The position numbers and the translations under genes are program-made. The notes beneath the pieces were generated by a model that worked only from the letters and a program-made list of their open reading frames with translations, did not search any database and was not told the DNA's origin. A DNA stretch of 64,000 nucleotides from an uncultured Pelagibacteraceae bacterium (lineage in GTDB: Bacteria > Pseudomonadota > Alphaproteobacteria > Pelagibacterales > Pelagibacteraceae): the NCBI GenBank assembly GCA_902625945.1, contig CACODG010000003.1:2466-66465 (forward strand). Direction: 5' to 3'. Shown here one piece after another: positions 40,430 to 49,194 of this stretch (position 1 is its first letter; each line of letters opens with the position of its first letter).

Positions 40430-40962
40430 ATTAACTTTTCAATAATTTTTAAAAATTTCTTTGAAGTAGGTTTTGTTATTGAGGAAAACGTTTCGGCCAC
40501 TTTTCCATCTTTACCAATTATAATTTTATGAAAGTTCCATTTAGGGATAGCACCTATACCAAAATCATTTCTTGCCCATTTATAGAAAGGGTGTGAATTA
40601 TTACCAATTACGCTTATTTTTTCAGTCATTGGAAAAGTTATACCAAAGTTTGTTTCACAAAAATCTTTAATTTCTTTATTAGTGCCAGGCTCTTGCCTAA
40701 AATTATTAGTTGGAACACCTAGAACAACTAAGTTCTTATTTTTATATTCCGACCACAGAGATTGAAGATTTTCATATTGAGGAGTATATCCACATCTACT
40801 AGCTACATTCACAACAACTATCACTTTGTCTTTATATTCACTTAACTTAATTATATCTCCGTTGATCCCAGTAAATTGAAAATCATATGCGCTACTATTA
40901 TTTCCGGCTAAAACTTTAGTGAAAAAACTTATCATAATTAAAACTATTATTATTTTTTTCAT
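40426..40962 (-). CDS. glutathione peroxidase (Cys-type, signal peptide)
   Basis: NVASRCG, QEPG and WNFHK motifs. Confidence 0.93.
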   Translation of the reverse strand: MKKIIIVLIMISFFTKVLAGNNSSAYDFQFTGINGDIIKLSEYKDKVIVVVNVASRCGYTPQYENLQSLWSEYKNKNLVVLGVPTNNFRQEPGTNKEIKDFCETNFGITFPMTEKISVIGNNSHPFYKWARNDFGIGAIPKWNFHKIIIGKDGKVAETFSSITKPTSKKFLKIIEKLI

Positions 40963-41360
40963 AATTTAAGAGCTTTTATTACTGCATCAAATGGTAGAAA
41001 TATACACTTAAATCTATTAAAATTGTCGCTATTTAATAATCTTTTAAAATCAGAGTACCTTTTTGGTATTGGAATATTTTCTTGTTTCGAAATTTTTTTA
41101 AGTGTGACAAAATCATACTTAATATCCTTTATATTTAAATTCTTAATTTTATGTGAAAGAAGGCTTGCAGAAGCTTCACAATAAATACAAGACTCGGTCT
41201 CATATTTCATAGAATTTATTTTTTTTTTATCAGCAATAATTTCTAAAGTTATTTTATCACCACACATATTGTTTTTTAAAGATATTTTATGAGAATATTT
41301 ATTTTCTAGACCAGCGTTTTTAGTATCAGAAGCTAGTTTAATAATTTTTCGATCAATCAT
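40959..41360 (-). CDS. IscU/NifU N-terminal-like Fe-S scaffold protein
   Basis: CGD, CxxxxASAS and RxxC pattern. Confidence 0.75.
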   Translation of the reverse strand: MIDRKIIKLASDTKNAGLENKYSHKISLKNNMCGDKITLEIIADKKKINSMKYETESCIYCEASASLLSHKIKNLNIKDIKYDFVTLKKISKQENIPIPKRYSDFKRLLNSDNFNRFKCIFLPFDAVIKALKL

Positions 41361-42529
41361 TTTTTTGAAAAAATAAGTAATAAAAAATATCCAAATAAAG
41401 TGGAGAGAAGAGAACCTGTTAGAACACCAATTTTGACTCCATCCATATATTCCATGTTATTGGCAAATGCTAAATTACCAACAAACAAACTCATAGTAAA
41501 ACCTATTCCTGTAAGAATCGAAACTGCATAAAAAGCGGGCCATGTAGAATTTGTGGGTTTATCTGCTAGATTTAATTTTACAGATATATAAGAAAGGACA
41601 AAAACACCTATTTGTTTTCCAAAAAATAAACCCAGAACAATTCCTAATGGCACAGGACTCAATAAGGCCGCAAAAGTTAAACCTTCAAGTGACACACCAG
41701 CATTAGCAAAAGCAAAAATCGGCATTATACCAAAGGCAACATATGGGGACAATCCGTGTTCTAATTTTAGCAACATAGAATTTTTGCTACTTTTTACATT
41801 ATGTGGAATTGTGAGAGCTAATAAAACTCCGGCGATCGTAGCGTGAATACCTGATTGATGAGTAAAATCCCATAAAAAAATTCCAACTATTAAAAAAGGA
41901 ATAAAGCTTTTAATCTTAAATTTATTTAAACTAATTAATAAAACTAAAGAAATAAACATTAATACTAAATATTTTATCTCAATATTTCCTGAATAGAAAA
42001 AAGCAATTATTACTATTGCACCTAAATCATCAATTATAGCAAGTGCAGTTAAAAAAACTTTTAATGAAACAGGAACTCTTTTTCCTAATAAAGACAAAAC
42101 ACCTAAAGAAAAAGCTATATCTGTGGCAGATGGTATTGCCCAACCATTTAATGTTGCGCTATTAGAATAATTAACAACTACATAAAATAATGCAGGAATG
42201 GCCATTCCTCCAACTGCTCCGATAATAGGTAACATTGCTTGTTTGGGATTTGATAATTCACCTTGAATAAATTCTCTCTTAATTTCCAGTGATACAAAAA
42301 AGAAAAAAATTGCCATTAAAACATCATTTATCCAGTGCAGGACACTCAGTTTTAATCCAAATTCTTTAGTACCTAGAGTTATATATTTATCCAAAGTATT
42401 AAAATAGTATTCACTCAAATTTCCATTACTTATTATTAGGGCAAGGATAGCAGCAAATAACAAAACTAATCCTGATGCAGCTTCTAGCCTAAAAAAGTAT
42501 TTAAATGGTTTTGTAATATGCTGGATCAT
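41357..42529 (-). CDS. nhaA: Na+/H+ antiporter NhaA
   Basis: WINDxLMA, ATDIAF, LAIIDDLGA and GIGFTMS motifs. Confidence 0.97.
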   Translation of the reverse strand: MIQHITKPFKYFFRLEAASGLVLLFAAILALIISNGNLSEYYFNTLDKYITLGTKEFGLKLSVLHWINDVLMAIFFFFVSLEIKREFIQGELSNPKQAMLPIIGAVGGMAIPALFYVVVNYSNSATLNGWAIPSATDIAFSLGVLSLLGKRVPVSLKVFLTALAIIDDLGAIVIIAFFYSGNIEIKYLVLMFISLVLLISLNKFKIKSFIPFLIVGIFLWDFTHQSGIHATIAGVLLALTIPHNVKSSKNSMLLKLEHGLSPYVAFGIMPIFAFANAGVSLEGLTFAALLSPVPLGIVLGLFFGKQIGVFVLSYISVKLNLADKPTNSTWPAFYAVSILTGIGFTMSLFVGNLAFANNMEYMDGVKIGVLTGSLLSTLFGYFLLLIFSKK

Positions 42530-42602
42530 GGTTATTATTTACTTGTATAGAGACCATCTTTCAATTGCCAAAAACACATAATTAACCTATAAAACAGACG
42601 AT

Positions 42603-42679
<77 letters not shown>

Positions 42680-42688
42680 TTAAAAAGT

Positions 42689-42973
42689 ATGAAAAAAGCA
42701 AAGATTTACATACCTACAAAAACAGCTATGCAATCGGGTAGGGGAAAGCTAAAAGAGTGGCTGCTTGAATTTGAAACAAAAGACCCCTCAATTAACCCAT
42801 TAATGGGCTGGGAGACTTCAACGGATACATTAGAAGAAATTATTTTAAAGTTTCCAACTAAAGAAAAGGCTATAGAGTATGCTAAAAAAAATAATATTTC
42901 TTATTCTATTGTTGAGCCAAAACAAAGAGATTTTGTAATTAAAGCTTATGCTGATAATTTTATTAAAGATTAA
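42689..42973 (+). CDS. ETC complex I subunit (NDUFS4-like)
   Basis: AMQSG, NPLMGW, L.F..KE.AI.YA and YADNF motifs. Confidence 0.9.
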   Translation: MKKAKIYIPTKTAMQSGRGKLKEWLLEFETKDPSINPLMGWETSTDTLEEIILKFPTKEKAIEYAKKNNISYSIVEPKQRDFVIKAYADNFIKD

Positions 42974-42978
42974 ACATC

Positions 42979-43986
42979 ATGTGGCGTAGTTTTTTTAAAG
43001 ATAAAAAATGGTTTTACTGGTCTTACGGTGGAGGCTTTTTTATTTTGCTTCTGCTAGTAACACAAACTTATTTAGATGTATTGTTTAATAGTTGGTACAA
43101 GGAATTTTACGACATTTTACAAACTGCAGAAAAACGTGAAATTTCTGAATTTTGGGTGTCGATAAAGAAATTTTTATTTATTGCTTTACCATATGTAACA
43201 TTATTTGCTTTTACCAATTGGTTTACAAGACTTTGGGCTTTTAGATGGAGAGAAGCAATGACATTTTCATATATGCCTTATTGGCGAGCTACTGAAGCAA
43301 AAGTTGAAGGTTCATCACAAAGGATACAAGAGGACTGTATGAATTTTGCGAAAATTGTTGAGTCAATCGGTTTACAGGTAGTAAAAGCTATTATGACACT
43401 TATTGCATTTATCCCAATACTTTGGGTCCTTTCTTCTAACGTATCAGTCCCTTTTTTAAATAATATATCTGGATCTTTAGTTTGGGTAGCTTTAATACTT
43501 AGTATTGGAGGTATTATAATTAGTTGGTTGGTAGGAATAAAACTTCCTGGTTTGGAATATAATAATCAAAAGGTAGAAGCCGCTTTTCGAAAAGAATTAG
43601 TTTATGGAGAAGATGACAGAAAAAATTATGTTCAAGCTCCAACTATATTACAATTATTTACTGGAATTAAATTTAATTATCATAAGTTATTTCTTCATTA
43701 TGGTTATTTTGATTTGTGGGCAATATGGTATAGGCAACTTTTTGTAATAGTTCCATTTTTAATTATGGCTCCGGGTTTATTTACAGCTGCCTTCACATTA
43801 GGCGTGATGATGCAAGTAGTTAATGCATTTGGTGAAGTTAAAGATGCTTTTTCTGTTTTTCTTTATAACTGGACAAGAATAACTGAATTAAGATCAATAT
43901 ATAAGCGTTTAATGGAATTTGAAACTGCAATTAATTACAATAAAAACACGTTGAGAAAACCTAGAAAATCTGATGTAAGAGTTTAA
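42979..43986 (+). CDS. SbmA/BacA-like peptide transporter
   Basis: FRWREAM, EGSSQRIQED and GLEYNNQKVEAAFRKELV motifs. Confidence 0.88.
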   Translation: MWRSFFKDKKWFYWSYGGGFFILLLLVTQTYLDVLFNSWYKEFYDILQTAEKREISEFWVSIKKFLFIALPYVTLFAFTNWFTRLWAFRWREAMTFSYMPYWRATEAKVEGSSQRIQEDCMNFAKIVESIGLQVVKAIMTLIAFIPILWVLSSNVSVPFLNNISGSLVWVALILSIGGIIISWLVGIKLPGLEYNNQKVEAAFRKELVYGEDDRKNYVQAPTILQLFTGIKFNYHKLFLHYGYFDLWAIWYRQLFVIVPFLIMAPGLFTAAFTLGVMMQVVNAFGEVKDAFSVFLYNWTRITELRSIYKRLMEFETAINYNKNTLRKPRKSDVRV

Positions 43987-44885
43987 TGGATCTCTACCTC
44001 AAACTAATTGATGTAATTGCACCTGTCTTTTTTGTAATTGGAATAGGATATTATCTAGGAAAAAAAAATCCCGAAATAAGCACTGATTTCATAACTACTT
44101 TTGCTGGAAACGTTGGAACACCAGCTATGATATTTTACACAATAACTACTACTGGTGTAACCTTAGCTGTTTTTATAGAATATTTTATTTACGCATTAAT
44201 CATAATTGCTGGTTTTTCATTAGTTGGGATTTTATTTCTGTTAATATTGAAGAAAGATTTTATCAGTGAGTTACCACCATTGATTTTACCAAATACTGGA
44301 AATATGGGTATTCCTATTTGTTTATTTGCATATGGAACTGCTGGTCTGGGAGTTGCTTCAGCAATAGCTTCTGTAATTATTTTGCTTCACTTCACATTAG
44401 GTGTATTGCTGGCTAAGAAAAGTTTTTCTTTAGAAATATTGATTAAAAATATGCCAATTTATGGAATTATAATCTCAATTGTATTTTTATATTTTGAGTG
44501 GGATGTCCCAGGATATTTAGAAAACACAACTTTTCTTCTGACTTATGCAACAATATTTTTAGTTTTAATGTCTCTTGGTATAGCGCTTTCAAGAATGAAA
44601 GTAGTATCATGGTCCCACGCATCAATTCTAGGGGGCGTGAGAGTGATAATTGGACCTATAATTGGTTTTGCTCTAATAAAATTTTTAAATTTAAGCGGTT
44701 TTGCTGCGGGTGTTCTTTTAATTCAATCTTGTATGCCAAGCGCAGTTTTAACCTATCTAGTAGGATCTATGTATTCTGAGAAAAAGGTAGTTGATAGCGT
44801 AGCTAGCGTTATAGTAACTTCAACTGTAATGTCATTTATTACTATTCCAATTGTAGTTTATTATAGTTTAAAATATTTTCAATAA
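43986..44885 (+). CDS. AEC family (membrane transport protein) transporter
   Basis: About 10 TM segments; NTGNMGIP and MPSAV motifs. Confidence 0.88.
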   Translation: MDLYLKLIDVIAPVFFVIGIGYYLGKKNPEISTDFITTFAGNVGTPAMIFYTITTTGVTLAVFIEYFIYALIIIAGFSLVGILFLLILKKDFISELPPLILPNTGNMGIPICLFAYGTAGLGVASAIASVIILLHFTLGVLLAKKSFSLEILIKNMPIYGIIISIVFLYFEWDVPGYLENTTFLLTYATIFLVLMSLGIALSRMKVVSWSHASILGGVRVIIGPIIGFALIKFLNLSGFAAGVLLIQSCMPSAVLTYLVGSMYSEKKVVDSVASVIVTSTVMSFITIPIVVYYSLKYFQ

Positions 44886-45234
44886 ATACAGTAACTTACA
44901 TAAAGTAATTAAAGTTATTTATTAAGTAATAGGTAAGCACTACTTATAGATTAATAAGAAAATTCAAATAAATATTGAAAAATAATGCTTATTTAAGGCT
45001 AAAAATAAGAAAATAAGTTAAAAATAGTTAGATAAACCTCAAGTTTTGTTTGATATACAATAAAATTTAAAAAATGATGTGCTAGAAACTAGCAAAATAA
45101 GGTGATTTAGACCATTTTAAAAGTAGCAATAATTAATAATTCTACAAGCTTTGCGTGTACCGAATATAGTGTTTAAATGGCCATAGAGGGTGTTTTTTTT
45201 GGAATCATTAATTTTATAGTACAACTGACTGGTG

Positions 45235-45243
45235 TGTGGATAA
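45235..45243 (-). promoter_or_regulatory. perfect DnaA-box consensus (TTATCCACA) in long intergenic region; function unverified
   Basis: TGTGGATAA on + strand; single copy seen. Confidence 0.3.
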
Positions 45244-45296
45244 AAAATACAGTGAAATAGGGGAGAATAGACCCGATCGCCCGTCAAATAACAATT

Positions 45297-45572
45297 CTAG
45301 AGCGTTACACCCTCTTTTTTCAGCAAAAATCTCTTGGTTTTTAAACCTCCTTTACCTGAATAACCACCAAGCGACCCATCTGATCTAATCACTCTATGGC
45401 AAGGTATTATAGGCGCATAGGGGTTTTTTCCTACTGCATTGGCTACAGCACGTATAGCGAGCGGCTTTCCTATAGCCTTTGCTACCTGAGAATACGTTTT
45501 AACACTACCTCGAGGTATTTTACTCAAATAAGCCCATACTTTTACTTGAAATTTAGTGCCATTAAGCTTCAT
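45297..45572 (-). CDS. ogt: minimal methylated-DNA--protein-cysteine methyltransferase (MGMT C-terminal domain only)
   Basis: RAVANA and active-site PCHRV motifs. Confidence 0.9.
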   Translation of the reverse strand: MKLNGTKFQVKVWAYLSKIPRGSVKTYSQVAKAIGKPLAIRAVANAVGKNPYAPIIPCHRVIRSDGSLGGYSGKGGLKTKRFLLKKEGVTL

Positions 45573-45763
45573 TAGTCAAAAATTAAGTAAATTGTGAGAG
45601 AAATGCCCGCTAGAAGTGCTGTTATTAAGCCTATAGCTATCATTTTTTTGCCTTTTGAACTCGAGTTAGACCAGAAATACGAAATTCCATAAACAGCAGC
45701 TATAAATAATGCTATGGGAAGAATAAATTTTATCATAATCAATAAAAATATACGCATTGACAT
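45572..45763 (-). CDS. small two-TM membrane protein, hypothetical
   Basis: Two hydrophobic helices; stop overlaps the ogt start. Confidence 0.65.
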   Translation of the reverse strand: MSMRIFLLIMIKFILPIALFIAAVYGISYFWSNSSSKGKKMIAIGLITALLAGISLTIYLIFD

Positions 45764-45783
45764 CTAAAATCACTTAATATATT

Positions 45784-45812
45784 ATTTCCGATAATTAATG
45801 GTTATCGGAAAT
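45784..45812. other. 11-7-11 inverted repeat, putative dif-like recombination site of the adjacent recombinase
   Basis: ATTTCCGATAA (45784-45794), spacer TTAATGG, TTATCGGAAAT (45802-45812). The arms are perfect reverse complements and end 1 bp before the recombinase ATG. Confidence 0.75.
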
Positions 45813-45813
45813 T

Positions 45814-46728
45814 ATGAATGATTTAACAACAGAAATTAAAAAACTTGAAATTGAAACTTTAGATAACTTAAAGCTATCTAAAGCTAAAAATACAGTTAGA
45901 GCTTACAAATCTGATTTTAATGATTTTTCATTGTTTTGTTCTAAACACGGTATGCAAAGTTTACCAAGTGAACCAAAAATTGTTTCTTTATACTTAACTC
46001 ATTTGTCAAAGCAATCAAAGTATAGCACCTTAAAAAGGCGTTTAGCATCAATAAACGTTATGCATAGATATAAAGGCTATTATTTGGACACCAAGCATCC
46101 AATTATCGTTGAAAACCTATTGGGTATAAAAAGGCAAATAGGTATTCATCAAAAAGCAAAAAAACCGTTATTATTTAACGATTTAAAAGAATTAATTAAA
46201 GCAATTGATAAATCTAAAACAGGTAATTTTAAAAAACTAAGAGATAAAACTTTAATATTAATTGGTTTTTCGGGAGGATTTAGAAGGTCAGAACTTGTGG
46301 CGATAACAAGAGATGATGTTGAATTCGTTAAAGAAGGAGTAAAAATATTTGTTAAAAAATCAAAAACAGATCAGTCAGGAGAAGGAATGATTAAAGCAAT
46401 CCCCTCTTTTAAATATGTTGAATACTGTCCAGTAGATCATCTTAAAAACTGGATGAATGAAAATAAAAATGAATTAATTTTTCCTATATCAGATAAAAAT
46501 GTAGCTTTAATTATAAAGAAACACGCATTAAGCGCGGGTTTAGATGAAAAAAAATATGCAGGACACAGTCTTAGGTCAGGTTTTGCAACGACAACAGCTG
46601 AATATGGCGCTAGCGAAAGAAATATAATGGCTATGACAGGTCACAAATCAGTGGATATGGTAAGAAGATATATTAAAGAGGCTGATTTATTTAGAAATAA
46701 TGCATTAAATAAAATTTCAAACAAATGA
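45814..46728 (+). CDS. Cre-like tyrosine recombinase / site-specific integrase
   Basis: Complete catalytic set: R (FRRSEL), K (KSKTDQ), HxxR (GHSLR), H (TGH), Y (VRRY). Core-binding domain NTVRAY.SD and YCPV patterns are characteristic of Cre-like rather than XerC/D proteins. Confidence 0.92.
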   Translation: MNDLTTEIKKLEIETLDNLKLSKAKNTVRAYKSDFNDFSLFCSKHGMQSLPSEPKIVSLYLTHLSKQSKYSTLKRRLASINVMHRYKGYYLDTKHPIIVENLLGIKRQIGIHQKAKKPLLFNDLKELIKAIDKSKTGNFKKLRDKTLILIGFSGGFRRSELVAITRDDVEFVKEGVKIFVKKSKTDQSGEGMIKAIPSFKYVEYCPVDHLKNWMNENKNELIFPISDKNVALIIKKHALSAGLDEKKYAGHSLRSGFATTTAEYGASERNIMAMTGHKSVDMVRRYIKEADLFRNNALNKISNK

Positions 46729-47585
46729 AAAATATACTAAATAAAATATCGATTGTATTAGTTTGTTACAATAGTTCATTTAAATTAAAAAAATTTATCA
46801 AAAATATACCTTTTGAAACAAAAATATTACTTATCGATAATTCAAAAGATTACTCATTAAAAAAATATTTTGGTAAAAAAAAAAATATAAAAGTTTTTTA
46901 TAAAAAAAATGATGGTTATGGTTCATCAATAAACTTCGCATCAAAAAAAATTGATACACCTTATTTCTTAGTAGTGCAGCCAGATGTAACTGGTATAAAC
47001 AAAAAGTCATTATTAAAATTTTATGAGTATTCAAAAAAACTAAAAGATAATTATTCAGTAATTGGACCACATTTTCTAAACGCCTCGAAAAAAGGACATT
47101 TTCAAACAGATACAACATATAAGATAAAAGAAATACATAATGTTCATGGATCAACAATGTTTTTTAATAAGAATGTTTTTAATAAAGTTAATGGTTTTGA
47201 TAAAAATATTTTCTTATATTGGGAGGAAACAGATTATACAAGAAGAGCGAAAAAAAAAGGTTATAAAGCTTATCAACTAAATTTAGTAAAAGTTAAACAT
47301 GAAAAAGGTAAAGCAGTTAAAACTATTAATTCTGTTGAAGATGAAAAGCTCAAAAACCTATATATTTGGCATTTTATTTGGTCAAAATTTTATTACTTTA
47401 AAAAACATTATAGTTTTTTTTTAGCTTCATTATATTTTTTTCCAATAATTATAAGGATTTTATTTAGATTAATTATTTATAAAAATAATAATGGAAATAA
47501 ATTTAAGAGATATTATTGTAGATGGGATGGTTTAAAAAACTCTATTCTTGGAAATAAATCTCATATGAGATTAGAAAAATTATAA
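46725..47585 (+). CDS. glycosyltransferase family 2 (rhamnosyltransferase-like)
   Basis: LIDNS, N.GYG..IN and GFD.NIFLYWEETDY motifs. Confidence 0.9.
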   Translation: MKNILNKISIVLVCYNSSFKLKKFIKNIPFETKILLIDNSKDYSLKKYFGKKKNIKVFYKKNDGYGSSINFASKKIDTPYFLVVQPDVTGINKKSLLKFYEYSKKLKDNYSVIGPHFLNASKKGHFQTDTTYKIKEIHNVHGSTMFFNKNVFNKVNGFDKNIFLYWEETDYTRRAKKKGYKAYQLNLVKVKHEKGKAVKTINSVEDEKLKNLYIWHFIWSKFYYFKKHYSFFLASLYFFPIIIRILFRLIIYKNNNGNKFKRYYCRWDGLKNSILGNKSHMRLEKL

Positions 47586-47588
47586 GTT

Positions 47589-48158
47589 TTATTTTTTTTT
47601 ACTCATCAAAACTTGATTTGTGCTCTCACCTATTATTGAAAAACCATTCTTATTGAAAAAATTTATTGAGTATAATGTTTTAGCCCCTTTATCATCCAAT
47701 AATACTAACGATTTATCACTTAGTTTACTTACAGCTTCCTTTGCTTCATTTAATTGGTGTTTGGAGGCTAATTCAACATTGTGTCCATCAAAAGAGTCAA
47801 GATAAAGTAAATCAATTTTGTTATTAAAATCTCTTAGGAATTGAACACTATCGCATACATAAAAAAAGGTATTTTGTTTAAAATTTTTTGTAAAACTAGT
47901 TGCATTGTCAATATTACTCTGTGAAATATCACAACTATGTAATTCACCGTTAATATTATGAGTAAAATCAGCGAACATCAACGTGCTCATGCCATCTTTC
48001 CAATTCATTCTTTTAAAGAAAAAAAATTTTTCTTTACCTCTAGAGGTCCCAGTTTCAACAAAAATTTTTAATTTTCTTTCTAATGCAATCTCCAAAGTCT
48101 TTTTAAAAAAAGGATATCTTATATTTTTTTTATGATTATATTTTTCTAAAAATTTCAT
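47589..48158 (-). CDS. class I SAM-dependent methyltransferase (Methyltransf_24-like)
   Basis: VETGT, DS..FL, IDLLYLDS and LLDD motifs. Confidence 0.75.
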   Translation of the reverse strand: MKFLEKYNHKKNIRYPFFKKTLEIALERKLKIFVETGTSRGKEKFFFFKRMNWKDGMSTLMFADFTHNINGELHSCDISQSNIDNATSFTKNFKQNTFFYVCDSVQFLRDFNNKIDLLYLDSFDGHNVELASKHQLNEAKEAVSKLSDKSLVLLDDKGAKTLYSINFFNKNGFSIIGESTNQVLMSKKK

Positions 48159-49177
48159 ACAAAATTATTTATATTTTTTTTCAATTTTTGAAAATCATCT
48201 CGATATATATAATTATAGTTTTTAATATGATTTGTAATTCTTAGATAGTGTTGTTTTTTATTTTTTTCAATTATGTCAATTGTTTTAATATTATAATTTG
48301 ATGCAATATGCGTGAATGCTCCATGACATGAGATAAATATTTGCGATTTAGATATTAAATGTGAAATAGAATTAAAACTTTGATTTACTATTAAAAAAAT
48401 ATCATCATTAATCCGATACAAAGATTCCTCTATTTTAGTTGAATTTACAATTAAATCTGTAATAAGGTTTGTTTTCAAATAGCCTGTAGTAATTATTATT
48501 TTCATCGATTTTTTATCTATTAATCTTATTAAAAATTCTTTTAATTCTTCTGCACTTGTATTTATATTTGTTAAATTTTTTGCTTTTTTAAAAACTTTTG
48601 AATAATTTTCTAATTCCCATTTTTCATCATAGTGAAATAAGATGAAATTATTATTATCGGCATTAAATTTATGGTTTAATTCATATTGATTTTTGAAATG
48701 ATTTTTTGGAAAAAAATTATAATTTTGATTTTTAAAATCCATATTTAAAGATCTACAATTCATTATAATTATATCTTTCATTGAATAATCTTTGATATGA
48801 TCATTGTCTAAAAAAACATCTTTATAAAAAAAATTTAAAAACTTTTTCTGAAAAAATTTTGAAACATTAAATATTTTTTTTTCACTTTTTAAAAAAATAC
48901 TTAAAAGAATTGATCTATTTTTTTTATCACTTACAATTATTACTTTATATCCAAATTTTTTTATTTTAAAAAAAAGGTTAAGCTTTTCAAAAAATGAATT
49001 TGATTTAAGTAAAAATACTTTATCTATTAAAAAATTTGACTCAACATATTCATTATTTTTTGGTGAGGTTACAACATGTATTTTTGCTTTACTATCGGAC
49101 TCTTTAATAGTTTTAATTAATGGAAGAGTTAATAAAAAATCTCCTATTCGATCTGTTCTAAAAATTAAGTAATTCAT
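48155..49177 (-). CDS. glycosyltransferase family 9-like (heptosyltransferase-like)
   Basis: RTDRIGDFLLT N-terminus; C-terminal FISCHGAFTHIAS. Confidence 0.75.
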   Translation of the reverse strand: MNYLIFRTDRIGDFLLTLPLIKTIKESDSKAKIHVVTSPKNNEYVESNFLIDKVFLLKSNSFFEKLNLFFKIKKFGYKVIIVSDKKNRSILLSIFLKSEKKIFNVSKFFQKKFLNFFYKDVFLDNDHIKDYSMKDIIIMNCRSLNMDFKNQNYNFFPKNHFKNQYELNHKFNADNNNFILFHYDEKWELENYSKVFKKAKNLTNINTSAEELKEFLIRLIDKKSMKIIITTGYLKTNLITDLIVNSTKIEESLYRINDDIFLIVNQSFNSISHLISKSQIFISCHGAFTHIASNYNIKTIDIIEKNKKQHYLRITNHIKNYNYIYRDDFQKLKKNINNFV

Positions 49178-49194
49178 AAAACTAAGACCTATCT

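Noticed and set aside
40426-40962. Selenocysteine recoding in the glutathione peroxidase
   Set aside because: The active-site codon is TGT (Cys) in an uninterrupted frame.
44886-45296. Calling the long spacer oriC
   Set aside because: Only one perfect DnaA box; genes and KOPS converge rather than diverge; no hemE, parAB or dnaA context.
45814-46728. Recombinase as a prophage or integron integrase
   Set aside because: No phage genes, no adjacent tRNA or duplicated tRNA 3' end, no attC-like cassette array, and no IntI-specific insertion recognised.
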